In this document: positions 26,729 through 38,858 of the stretch, piece by piece | Numbering within the stretch: position 1 is the first letter of the stretch | Layout of the letters: every line of letters starts with the position of its first letter | The notes under the pieces: generated by a model | What the model was told of the DNA's origin: nothing | Seen by the model: the letters and a program-made list of their open reading frames with translations, nothing else | The model's database searches: none | From: Mytilus edulis | Lineage: Eukaryota | Length of the DNA: 64,000 bases | Direction of reading: 5' to 3' | NCBI RefSeq assembly: GCF_963676685.1 | Contig: NC_092348.1 | Location: forward strand, 17,236,001 to 17,300,000 | Position numbers and translations under genes: made by a program

Positions 26729-26968
26729 ATAAACTCATCATAGATACCAGGACTTAATTGTATATATACGCCAGACGCGCGTTTTGTCTACAAAAGACTC
26801 ATCAGTGACGCTCGAATCCAAAAAGTTATTAAAAAAAAGCCGCATAAAGTACGAAGTTGAAGAGCATTGAGATCTTAAAAATTCCTAAAAGTGTTGCCAA
26901 ATACAGCTAAGGTAATCTATGCCTGAGGTAGAAAAGCCTTAGTATTTCAAAAAATTCAAAATTTTATA
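26729..26968 (-). ncRNA. Retrozyme/pLTR fragment with mutated hammerhead (26768-26811)
   Basis: GCGUCA-CUGAUGA-GUC..GAC-AAAA-CGCGCG-UC-UGGCGU. GAAA is changed to AAAA. Confidence 0.85.
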
Positions 26969-26991
26969 ACTACTAGGCTTGTGATGTACTT

Positions 26992-27263
26992 ATAGATTAT
27001 CGTTGATCATCTCAACGAGATTGCTTTTATCGCTTCAGCCGATACAGCGAAAGCGAGAAAAGCAATCCAGTTGAGATGACCAATGATAATCTGTTTATTG
27101 CTATTTTACCTATGACGGCGTTGTCAATTTCATGTCAATTTAATAAGCAACGCCACGTGCCGTTTTAGTTTCTAGAGACAATTTTCCATCTCAAGCGAGT
27201 AGCATGATATGAATAATTATCACAAAAAAAGATCAAAGGAAAAATGCACAAAATAGTGATAAA
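26992..27263. mobile_element. Second hairpin-ended element (Crypton-like)
   Basis: A ~100-nt imperfect palindrome (26992-27094) abuts the inverted pair tttattgctatttt (27094-27107) / aaaatagtgataaa (27250-27263). Confidence 0.6.
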
Positions 27264-27319
27264 ACATTTTATACGTGTTTAAATGGTCCAATTTTACTGA
27301 ACCAGTACATATTTTTCAT

Positions 27320-27460
27320 TTAAGGGCCAGCTGAGGCCCGACTCCGGGTGCGGGATTTTCTTGCTCCGTTGAAGACCTCATGATGGTCTACATTTGTTGT
27401 CTGCTCTTTGGTCGGGATGTTGTCTCTTTGACATATTCCCCATTTCCGTTCTCAATATTA
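27320..27460 (-). repeat. Interspersed repeat family B (also 31318-31372, 38080-38260, 43478-43605, ~3350-3620)
   Basis: Shared sequence aaattgagaatggaaatggggaatgtgccaaagagacaacaacccgacca, in both orientations. Confidence 0.85.
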
Positions 27461-28114
27461 TCGAAGTTATTCTAAAAACCAATGTGTGCAAGAAAATGAC
27501 ATATGACACTAACAGCGTAAACCTGTGAACATGTGTTTTGTGTACAACGAGAAACTGTTTTGACACACGTGTGTTGTATATAGCGACAAACGCTGCCTAC
27601 ATTTACTGCTGATTTCTTTCTCATAAAATTTAATCATAATTAAAGATACAACTTTTTTTCCAGGACAATATCCTACTTTCAGTAAATTAAAAAGTCCAGC
27701 ACTCCTATAATCTGAATTCTCATTCTTTCGGAATGTGTTAAGAACTTTGTCTCCTTTTGAAACGATTTATAAGTGCATACAAACTACCATCATGTCATTA
27801 TCATCATTTAGTTTTGTCGGAAGATAATACTTCAGATCATAGAAACGCCTTACAGGATTTTGTGTCATACACAAGATTTCTTCTTATTTAATTATCTATT
27901 ATTTTCTCTTTTTTTTTGGTATAATACAAATGTACTTTAACATGTTAAACATTGAAAGAAAAATATTGAGGTATTTTACCATAATATATTTATTTATTTA
28001 ATTTGCAAATTTTGTCAATGAAATGTTTTACCAATTATCAACACCAGCTTGCAATTAAACTTGAAACGTTATATATATCGTTTCATGTTACTTATACTGA
28101 TCGTTATAATATGT

Positions 28115-28328
28115 TCAACCCCTTTTATTGTCAATCCTGGGCAAAGCTCTGATTTCTTGCCCGGCTTTGTCTATACCTTTTTTGTCCTTTTTGGTTTATA
28201 GCTCGTAATGAAATCCTTTTAAGAAGCTTTGGATCTTCAAATGTTTTAGCCTCGAGTATCACTGAACGAACATTGATTGTCGAAATGCGCATCTTGTGCA
28301 GAAAAATTGGTACCGTTTATGTTATTAA
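28115..28328 (+). ncRNA. Family-2 retrozyme fragment with degenerate hammerhead (28256-28299)
   Basis: GUAUCA-CUGAACGA-ACA..UGUC-GAAA-UGCGCA-UC-UUGUGC. It is homologous to the 63270-63400 copy, and its core is altered. Confidence 0.75.
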
Positions 28329-28439
28329 AACATAGGCATTTTTAAATGGACAACAAATTAGATATCTGCAATAATAGGAGAAACGAGGCACATAAGCAAT
28401 CACAAATCTAGTGATACAGTGTTTGCACTTAAGTATGCT

Positions 28440-28745
28440 TGGATGGTGTATTTTTCGTCCAGTAGTAGCAAATTAAACTTATATTCAGAACGAGAACAAA
28501 ATAATGTTTTATGCATAAAAATAGTGTTTTTTTCACTAGACAACCACACTGTGTTCAATAAGTCAACGGAAAGTCATGTACATGTAATTCAATTATTCTG
28601 AAACCGAAATTATTCATTTTTGCTCTTACTCCTAAATGCCGCATTCTAGAACAAATACTTATTTTCAATTCTTTGGTTTTACCCGGTCGGTTCTTTATCA
28701 ACGCCCTTTAGCACTACATGCGACAGCTTTAGCCAGGAGATCACT
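28440..28745 (-). mobile_element. Degenerate Meta-domain-like SINE
   Basis: Remnants tttgctcttactcctaaatgccgc and ctttggttttacccggtcgg. The tail (tattcagaacgagaacaa) is related to that of the 7603 element. Confidence 0.5.
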
Positions 28746-28952
28746 AGTCTGTTTCCCGGCCGTTATTGAAATTCTTGACAATACCGTCCGGTATGGGCTA
28801 ATTTTACTTTTAGAACTGAACGACCTCGAGCATGCGCAGTTAATCAAGGCATACTTGATATTTTACGGAGGGGACCAACCTAGGAGACCACCTAGGTAAA
28901 AATAATATATTTCACAATGACGTCATAGAAATGTAAATACTAACGTATTAAT

Positions 28953-29345
28953 AAAAAAGAAGATGTTGGTATGATTACCAATGAGACAACTGTCCACAAG
29001 AGACCAAAATAACACAGACATTAACAACTATAGGTCACCGTACGGCCTTCAACAATGAGCAAAGCTCATAGCGCATAGTCAGCTATAAAAGGCCCCGATA
29101 AGACAATGTAAAACAATGCAAACGAGAAAACTAACGGCCTTATTTATATATAAAAAAAAAATAATAAAACAAAAATATATATACATGTATATATTTTACA
29201 CTTAAACAAACGACGATCAGTGAATTACAGTCTCCTGACTTGGGACAGGCACATACATAAATTATGTGGCGGGGTTAAACATGTTAGCGGGATCCCAACC
29301 CTCCCCTAATCTGTGACAGCGGTATAACAGTACAACATAAGAACG
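28953..29345 (+). repeat. Interspersed repeat family A (also ~8775-8875, 16750-16940, 24535-24725, 34550-34760, 50800-51100 on +; 31375-31940, 35030-35708, 50100-50465 on -)
   Basis: Shared sequence tggtatgatt.ccaatgagacaact...ataggtcaccgtacggccttcaacaatgagcaaagc across many copies. Confidence 0.9.
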
Positions 29346-30504
29346 CTGTTTTTGCTTACATGAATACATGTTTACGTTACTATAAAAATCAGAAATTTGT
29401 AATTTTCATGTTTGTTTTTGCAATGAAAGAAGTTTTGAAGCTAAAAAAAATTCTAAATATGTTTATACTGACTAACACTTATAAATGACGACCAAACGTC
29501 TGATGAATTTCTAGAGATGTATTTTATATGTTTTAATTGTTTTCTATTTTCGATTTCAATTGTTAAGATAAAAATATTACCGTAGTAAAATCTTTCAGCT
29601 TTTGGGATGTCTTAAAAATAAATAGAGTTTAAACATGTTAAAGTGACATATGTTATACTTTTTTCAAGGTTGGTGAATATTTGATAGAGCAATTTCTTAA
29701 AACTATAATTACATTGTAGAACATATTGAATTGTATAAAATGATCGATGAGTTAAAAATGTTGATGTTCGTGACCGCAATCTCATTTCTTAGATTAAAAG
29801 ATGCTCCTCCAATTGTCAACTATTTCTTTGACTGTGAAGGGTCTTGATTGATATTACGTCACCATTGTGCAAAATCTGTCAGATTAGATTAAAGTCTCTG
29901 TAAAATCTGCATGCAATCAAATCAAAATTCTAAAAGCGTCTAATGTCTTATGAAGCAAACATGTGTTTATTGACACTAAAAAGTACTTTAAATTAATTCA
30001 TAAGAAAGATTTAACAATTGGCTGTTGCGAAAAATTCAAAGGATCCATTATTCGTCCTAAAAAGTTCACCGATTCGGAAAAGAAAGTGCACACAACTGTT
30101 TTCTTATTTCCTGACTTGTTTTACAAACTAGGGTGTGCTGGAATTTGAATAAAAAACGGTAAGCAACAGCTACGAAAGTCGTTTGTTCTTAAGTAAATTA
30201 TCAGTTGTTTCCCATAGTATGGATTCGCTTGGTAATTGATGCATCAGTGTGCATACATTGTAACGGAAGACAGATATTATGTCGAAATATCCGTTATCGC
30301 TGCCTCTGAAGGAAACGTGATACAATTAGATCACCCTTTTGGGTCGCTATTCTACTGGACCCTACTTACACTAGTATATGTAAACGGGATAATCGATCTT
30401 CAATCGGATTCTTAAAAAACATAACATTTTCTCCAAGCGAAACATCTAGATCGATCGCGATCAATAGAATAAATCAGATCAATCGATCTTCCTTTGATTA
30501 AATT

Positions 30505-32312
30505 AACAAGAGTGCACACGCTGAAATGTCTCGCCTTCTGTACTAATCCGATTGATATTATGTTGAAAGTCCTAAATATAATTAAAAGCTATACTACAAC
30601 TATCACATAAACTTAACATGATCCAACAAAATGAGGTCAAGGTCATATAAACCAAACAAGAAATACATCTACACCTTACAATCATTCAATATACTAAATA
30701 TAGTTGAGCTACAAAATGTATTGCTTATAGTTTCAAAGAAACAGACTAAACCAAGAAAACTAAACATTGACCAATGAACCATGCAAATGAGGTCAAGGTC
30801 AGATGAACCATGCCAGGCAGACATGTACAACTTACAGTCCTTCTATACATCAAATATAGTTGACATATTGCTTATAGTTTAAGAAAAACAGACCAACACA
30901 CAAAAACGTAACACTGAGTAATGAACCGTGAAAATGAGGTCCAGGTCAAATAAAAGCTGCGAGACTGTCATGTGCATATGTCCATACACCTATAGTATTA
31001 GAAAAAAAGACCAAAATTCAAAAACTGAACTTTGACCACTGAACCATGAAAATGAGGTCAATGTCAGATGACACCTGTCAGTTGGATATGTAAACCTTAC
31101 ACTCATTTCATACATCAAATATAGTAGACCTATTGTTTAAGGTATAAGAAAAACAAACCAAACCACAAAAACTTCACTATAACCACTGAACCATGAAAAT
31201 GTGGTCAAGGTCAGATGACACCTGCCAGTTGGACCAGTACCTATTTCAGTCCTTCCATACACCGAATATACAAGACCTATTGCTTATAGTATCTGAGATA
31301 TCGACTTGGATATGTATAAAATTGAGAATGGAAATGGGGAATGTGCCAAAGAGACAACAACCCGACCATAGATATTGAGTCTTAGATGCATGATTTTTTT
31401 ATCAGTTGTTAACGGCTTTGAACTAGCTGTCAGATAACTGCGAGTACTCTCAGATCTGTACCTAGTGTCTTTTTGTTGTTGGGTTGTACAAGTACCCAGC
31501 CACGTTCACTAGTATTTTTGTCCATCTGATGAGTTAAGCCTTTCTCAACTGATTTTCATAGTTCGTTCTTATGTTGTACTGTTATAACACTGTCCCAGGT
31601 TAGGGGAGGGTTGGGATCCCGCTAACATGTTTAACGCCGCCACATTATGTATGTAAGTGCCTGTCCCAAGTCAGGAGCCTGCATTCAGTGGTTGTCGTTT
31701 GTTTATGTGTTATATATTTGTTTTTCGTTCATTTTTTTGTTCATAAATAAGGCCGTTAGTTTTCTCGTTTGAATTGTTTACATTTTCATTTCGGGGCCTT
31801 TTATAGCTGACTATACGGTATGGGCCTTGTTCAATGTTGAAGGCCGTATGGTGACCTATAGTTGTTAACTTCCGTGTCATTTTGGTCTCTTGTGAACAGT
31901 TATCTCATTGGCAATCATACCACATATTCTTTTTTATATTGACCACCAAAACTTAACCTTGTTCACTGATCCATGAAATGAGGTCGAGGTCAAATAAAAA
32001 CTGTCTGACAGGCATGATGACCATGCAAGGTACGCACATTGCAAATATAAATATCCTATTGCTCATAATAAGAGTGAATCTTAACTTTTTTTTTACAGTA
32101 GTCACACAAAACTATGAAAATGAGGTCAAGGACAATGGACATGTGACAGATAGAAACTTCGTTACATAATGCATCTATATACAAATTATGAAGCATCCAG
32201 GTCTGCTTACTTAAAAAAATATAAAGCTTTTCAGAAGTTAACTAACGACGCCGCCGTTACCGCTGTCGCCGCCGGATCACTTTCCCTATGTCGAGCTTTA
32301 TGCCACAAAAGT
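30505..32312 (+). mobile_element. Helentron/HINE-type element with internal ~146-bp repeats, interrupted by family B and A repeats
   Basis: It starts AACAAGAG. The motif atgaggtcaaggtca recurs near 30631, 30788, 30934, 31052, 31198, 31978 and 32120. A (GCC)n-like microsatellite lies at about 32246-32276. Confidence 0.7.
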
Positions 32313-33464
32313 TGGAGTCGAGTGCACCCGCACGATCGGGGTTCGAACTCACAACTCCAGTGTTGACTGGCTAGTAATTAGAGTAGTAACTACTTCACGC
32401 CTGGTAAACCATCTAATCTCAACCAAATGGTTGAGACGGAAAAAAGTATTCTGGCACTTCCTGTTGAGCTTTTCTGGTTCAAAATATTGAAAATAAACAC
32501 AGGGTAGGTCGAATTTTCGTCGGTTTACTGAAAATCAATGACTTTTTTGTAAAATCGGAGAATGTCATGCCATTATGATAGATAAATCATAATTGTAACT
32601 AATATGTCTCTTCTTGGTTTAAAATATTTTAAATTGAAGTCACAATCACTTTTCTCCTACGGATAATAATGTTTACATTCTTTAAATCCGATAGAACTGC
32701 TATGATATTAATGACTAGCAAGAAAATATGTCAATTATTTGTGTTTTTTTAGGCTTTACGATAACCACGTCTGTAAATTGCCCATATATTTTTTTGTCAA
32801 GCCTACTCTGAGCAGAAAAATAAAAAAAATATAAATGGTTGAGATATAAAGGTATTGGTTGAGTCTTTCTGTCACAATGTTGAGACTTTCTGGTTGCGCT
32901 GTACTATTCGAGTTTACCTTTTTTTACGGTTAACCTGATTCGTGTTTTCTGTCTGTGGTAACATAAAATCTAAATACACTCAGATACAATTTTAAGCATT
33001 GCCGAAAGAAAAATGCATGCCTTACAAATATAAATAACATTATTTTACAGTGGTTATTTATTAATATGATTTGGATTAATTCGATTCCTAACAGACATCA
33101 AAATTTATTTAATACCGAAAATGCGTTCATTTATAAAGAAATAAAATAGTTAAAAACTAAACAATCGAACAGTACCCCTTTTCTAGGTTTATTTTATCGT
33201 ACACATTATTTCAGGTAAAAGGTGGTGATAACTTAAATATGAGTAAAAGATGTCATTTTTTGTCATTATAAAACTTATCACAAAAAAAAAATGTGATTCG
33301 ATTTTAAAATTGCTTTGTAAATATTATAAGTGACGTCCAACTTAGTGTAATCACAGGTGTTGTATTGAAATAATTAAAACTTAGATGTTTGTTTACAACT
33401 GCATTCAGGGCAAATCCTTTAAAATATTTGGTAATTTTCAGCAACATTTATATTATAACCCGGG

Positions 33465-33670
33465 CCCCGTTACACTAGGCCGTGATCGCACTACGATATC
33501 TAAAAATATAATGCTATTGGCGATCGTAGTGCAGTATGGTCGTGTTACGGTCTTGATGAGGTCTTGGTATTCGTGTTGAGAGTAGCCAACTTTTATTAAT
33601 TTATAATACATGTTTAAAACAATCGTGATGCGTTCGTGGCGAAATCAGGTCGCAGTTCTGTTCTAGTCGT
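33465..33670. mobile_element. Truncated PIF/Harbinger-like MITE end
   Basis: The ggccccgttacactag terminus is followed by inverted gatcgcactacgat/atcgtagtgc motifs. No second TIR is seen. Confidence 0.4.
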
Positions 33671-33679
33671 AGATTTTTT

Positions 33680-33752
33680 TAGTCTCGATTACCCAGACGC
33701 ATATTTAAATATATCTACTTTGAAAAATAAAGCGGCTGAATGATCGAGACTA
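33680..33752. mobile_element. 73-bp miniature element with 9-bp TSD (AcademH-like ends)
   Basis: TIRs are TAGTCTCGAT and ATCGAGACTA. The TSD is agatttttt (33671-33679, 33753-33761). Confidence 0.8.
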
Positions 33753-36700
33753 AGATTTTTTTTAGCCGTGGAACTGTCAGGATCAGTTCCAGGTTGAACT
33801 GTGTAAATCGATTCTATGTATAGAACTTACCAATGACCAAATCAGTTCTTGGTTAGAACTGTTCTAGCTAGAACTGTCTTAATTAAAATCTTAAAAATGT
33901 CAGGAGATAGTTCCACATTTGTCCGCTAGAACAGTTCTCCTTCAGATTATGACAGTTAGAGGTATTTTCCATTGTATGTACATCTTTGCAATTTTTTAAA
34001 TGAGAATAACTTTTGATGAAATGAATGAATTTAATGATCATTATCCATTTCTGAATATAAATTCAGTTTTCTTTTGAAATATTTTAAAACTGGATTCGAC
34101 GTAGGTAAATTGTGGGAGATAGTTAGTTTGAACTCTGGCCTGGTCAACTTAAATTCTCAAAAAAAAATGTGTGTGTCTATGCTAAGCATGCGATATCTGC
34201 TAAAAACTGTGGTCACACCTTATCAGATAGCTCGAACGAACGCATAAAGGATAAACAAAAGTTTTACATCTACAAAATTTTTGCATCCGTTAGGAGTCCG
34301 CGATGTAATGACCAAATAAAACGGACGTGTAATAAGCCGAAAAATGGGTTGGAAGAGGAATAAGAAAAAAAAATATTTCAGAATAAAAAGCCAATAGTTT
34401 TGCCTGATCATGATTAAGAAGTTGAGCCAAAAATATTAAAAATACCAAAGAAACTAACATACCAATTGATTTTTCTTACGCGATTTGTTTTCAATTTGTA
34501 TGTATCCGTTTTATTATCAATGTTCTTTCTGTGGTACGATTTCCAGTAATACAACTCTCCACAGGGGACCAAAATGACACATTAAGTAACAACCAGAGGT
34601 CGCCGTACGGCCTTCAATAATAAGCAAAGCCCATACTGCATAGACAGCTATAAAAGACCCCGAAATGACAATTTAAAACAATTGTAACGAGAAAACTAAC
34701 GGCCTTATTAATATATAAAAAAAAATGAACGAAAAACAAATATGTTACACATAAAAAAAAATAAAAAATTCTAGCCCTGGAGATGTCAACTACAACATTA
34801 TTGACGTTAAAGATTCTGTGCAAAACTGCATCTCAAACGCTAGACTTAATCTCCAGCGTTAGAACTTTAATACTAGTACTTAAAAACACAGCTATTTACT
34901 ATTTAGACTCTATTACACCCAAAGGCCTCTTTTGAAGCTGCTGTGATAACTACATACAAGATTAAAATGACTGTTTAAATGAAACAATATACGTCAAGTT
35001 TATGAATTTTGACAGTTGTATATATGTAATTGATACTAAGCTACACAAGGTCATGTTTTTCTCTGACTGTTTATGACGTCTTTACACTAAATTCATTGGA
35101 TGTTGGATGTGTACGGATTGATAGTTTAGTCTTAGATGCATGATTTTTTTATTAGTTGTTAGTGGCTTTGATCTAGCTGTCACATAAGTTAACTGCTAGT
35201 ACTCTCAGATCTGTTCCTATTGTCTTTTTGTTTTCGGGATGTTCAAGAACCCGGCCACATTCAATTGTATTTTTGTCCATCTGATGAGTTAAACCTTTTC
35301 AACTAATTTTTATAGTTCGTTCTTATGTTCTTATGTTGTACTGTTATATATACCATTGTCCCAGGTAAGGGGGGTCCCGCTAACATGTTTAACCCCTCCA
35401 CATTATTTATGTACGTGCCTGTCCCAAGTCAGAGCCTGTAATTCAGTGGTTGTCGTTTGATTATGTGTTACATATTGAATCATATTTGTTATTCGTTATT
35501 TTTTTTTTTTTATAAATAAGGCCTTTAGTTTTCTCGTTTAAATTGTTTTGCATTGTCATATCGGGGCCTTTTATAGCTGACTATGCGGTATGGGCTTTGC
35601 TCATTGTTGAAGGCTGTACGGTGACCTATGGTTGTTAATGTCTGTGTCATGTTGGTCTCTTGTGGACAGTTGTCCCATTGGCAGTCATACCACATCTTCC
35701 TTTTTATAGTTGAAAATTTCATTCACCAGAAGATCTCAACATTGTTCCAGAATATCTCAACCGATACCAGAAAATCTCAACATGACATACTTTATAATAT
35801 ATTTAGCATAATGAAATTATATTAGTAAAGAAAAAGAACAAACTATAATTTTATGTTTATAATGTTTTAGAAAAATACTAATTTACTAATTTATATGCTA
35901 GTTTATCAATGATATCACTGTCATTTTGTCAATAGCTGACTGCGCTGGCCACATTTCCCTGCTGGAGAAAAGTCATTACGATGTCATTCTAAATCATATT
36001 CATTTGTGTTATACACGAGACAAATTGTAATTCAAATATCTCTGGCATGACATTCTCCGATTTTACAAAAAACGCATTGATTTTCATTAAATTGACGAAA
36101 AGTCAACCTACCCTGTGTTTATTTTGAATATTTTGAACCAGAATAGCTCAACAGGAAGTGCCAGAATACTTTTTTCCGTCTCAACATTTGGTTGAGATTA
36201 GATGGTTTACCAGGCGTGTACTTACACCACTCGGCCACCAAGGACCCTGGGTCTTATAATAAGAATGAACGTTGCATAGATATTTCGTTAATTTCTTATT
36301 TTACTGTCAATATATATTGTACGCATTATTTCAGACTTTTTTACGGTTTAAAATGCTATTATTCTTACATAATTCTTACATCTACGGTGCAATGCAATGC
36401 ATATAAGAATATTTAATATCTTCTACAGCATAAACAGTCCAAATTAACAATGCAATATCCTTTTTTTTTTATAATCCTATGGTTAAGTTATTACGTATGG
36501 ATGAACACCAAGCTGCAATAGATTTCATGGAGTTGTTAAAATCAGCTTTAAACGCGATGAACTGTAAAATTAATGCTATATATGATGATTAAGCTCGGAA
36601 ATTTAATACTGTATTAAAAGTTTACTGTAGTGCGTTGCTTATTCTACAATTTGTAGCACTTCACGGATAATAATGATATTTCCATGATGATTATAAACTA

Positions 36701-37249
36701 AACCTCTTACTTTTAAAACTCTCTTGTAACCAGTTCCTATGCATTTGCACTTTAAAATAATATACACAACACAAAATTAATCTCCTATGTTGTTTGAATA
36801 TCTGTCTAAACTAAATACTGAGTTTGTTAAGCATTCTACATTGTTTCTATATTTAAGTCAAGATATGAGGCAGAGTTGTGTTTTATACCTCTAATTTGGG
36901 TATTTCTGGTTACCGGAAATGTAGGACATAATTTAGCCTGTTTATGCTATTTTACGGGACTATATATTGTTTATGCTTGTCTGCGGCGAACAGTTAGTGT
37001 CGTTTGTAATACATGTGCTTGTTAAATGGCTGTAGAATAAAATTTAGATATCGAAAAGCGTGACTTCAGTCTTATAGTCCCCTCAAGACAACAAAAGGAT
37101 TGAGGCCCACGACACTTACCTGGAAAATATTTAAGCATGTAAGACATAAACAATATTACAAAAATGTATGTTATGTCCACTATGATTCCGGGCGTGCCTG
37201 TTTTTATGTTCATGTCGCAAAGGAAAACTGACGCTGTGTTTTGTTTCTG

Positions 37250-37622
37250 TACAAAAGAGGGGCGAAAGATACCAGAGGGACAGTAAAACTCACAAATCGA
37301 AAATAAACTGACAACGCCACGGCTAAAGATTAAAGACAAACAGACAAATAATGGTACACAAGTATAGAAAACTAAAGACTACGATGAAAGAAACACAAGT
37401 CCCACCAAAAAGTGGGAGTGATCTCAGGTGCTCCGGAAGGGTAAGCAGATCCTGCTCCACATGTGGCATCCGTCGTGTTGCTCATGTTATTACAACCCGG
37501 TAAATAGTCTATAATTCGGTAGGTCACATTCGTGGTGAAAAGGAAAGTGGATTGTAACTTTACGACATAAAGAACACATCCGTAATCATCTGTGAAACGG
37601 TTTTATTCCATAACGGTCAAAT
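37250..37622 (-). mobile_element. Penelope-like element 3' tail fragment
   Basis: It is the reverse complement of the tail that follows the RT at 15100-15230 (ttttagccatgg.gttgtca...cgccc). Confidence 0.7.
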
Positions 37623-38694
37623 TTACTTCAGATTGACATAGATAAATAATTACCATATCGGATATTGAGGAAGCTATTAGTAAGGAAGAGATGCTGACAA
37701 ATACCGTTCATATTATCAAATTTTGAATTTAATTAATGACTTACATTTGTTATATATTGTGTGATATTTATTATTTCACATATGTATACTTAAAAGTTAC
37801 TGCTACATGTACTTAGTCCTTTGTAAATTTATGTTGCTCCTATTCATTTTGATTATAGTTTCTTCTGTTACCACTCCTAACATCTGAGTCGGACCTCCTT
37901 TTAAACTAAGTTTTTACTGTGCGTAGTGCTGTGTGTTTCTATATTTACCTTGTTTAGAGGTAAAAGGGGGACTGGGGTCTCATAAAAACACATTAAACCA
38001 TACCGCATTTTTGCGTTTGTTATTAAGCAGATAACTTTGGCATTTGTTAATCTGTGTGTTTTTGTTTTTGTTTTTAATTTTGTCAATAGTACAATGTATG
38101 TTTCGGAGTTAAGTGTGACGTCCAATTTTTACAGCTCTAGTATACACGTATTTGTATGGGCAAGCAGAGCCCCGCCTCCGATAGGGGGATTTTCGCGCTG
38201 TTTTCAGGTCTTTTGGGCGGGTTTATGTCTCTTGAACAGAATACCAATTTCCATTCTAAAAAAATTTTGATAGGTATTTGAGGATAGTAATAGTATTATA
38301 TATGGCTACAACGGATACACAGTTTAAAAAGAGATAACTGTCAAAGGCAATTATATTTTCAATGGAATATCATTTTCCGCAAAATCAATTCGACCTCTTC
38401 GTAAATGCAATAACACAATATTTCCTCACTTTTCAATTTGGTCAGATTCTTTTAATCATATGTATTTATGCGAATGAATGTTTTTACTGAATAATATACA
38501 AATGAAACAGTTTTTCTTATTTATCATATCTTATTCTTAAACGATTTATCCTTTTTCTGATCTGTTGATTATTTCTATATTTAATCAACGAGTGGTTTGT
38601 TTAATCTCAGTTATTCAGAAAGAACACATCTTTTTGCAGATCATTTGAATAACACGTATAAGTGTGCCTGCATATTGTTCAAATTCATTAGAAA

Positions 38695-38858
38695 AATAGA
38701 TTCCACCACCAAATCTCGTGTTATACGGTATATATCCACTCTTGACAGTTAAATTTTTAATATTTGATATTTAAAACCCTTCGGTTTTTTATTTGAAAAT
38801 TTAACTGTCTCGAGTGGATCAATATCGCATTACACTCGATGCAGTGGCAGAATCTATA
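38695..38858. repeat. Solo ~160-nt imperfect palindrome
   Basis: atagattc...atccactc.tgacagttaaattt pairs with aaatttaactgtc.cgagtggat...gaatctat around the centre aaaacc-cttc-ggtttt. Confidence 0.75.

Larger units (their letters stand above)
18085..28030 (+). repeat. Segmental tandem duplication, copy 2 (~9.9 kb, expanded by copy-specific insertions)
   Basis: It follows copy 1 directly, head to tail, with the same order of anchors. Its Penelope-like remnant is split between about 20775-21020 and 23510-23900. Confidence 0.95.
32396..36218. mobile_element. Non-autonomous DNA transposon with CAC...GTG termini, ~176-bp TIRs and 5-bp TSD (Transib/RAG-like signature)
   Basis: TIRs at 32396-32572 and 36043-36218 begin CACGCCTGGTAAACCATCTAATCTCAACCA. 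The TSD is tactt (32391-32395, 36219-36223). Confidence 0.9.
32312..36250 (-). mobile_element. tRNA-derived SINE head split in two by a transposon (pieces 36224-36250 and 32312-32395)
   Basis: The A box TGGCCGAGTGG (36227-36237) and B box GAGTTCGAACC (32340-32350) become contiguous once 32396-36223 is removed. Confidence 0.8.

Noticed and set aside
31520-31560. ctgatgagtt in family A repeats (also ~35281, ~50351) as a hammerhead
   Set aside because: No GAAA follows the putative stem II, and no stem III or cleavage triplet can be built.
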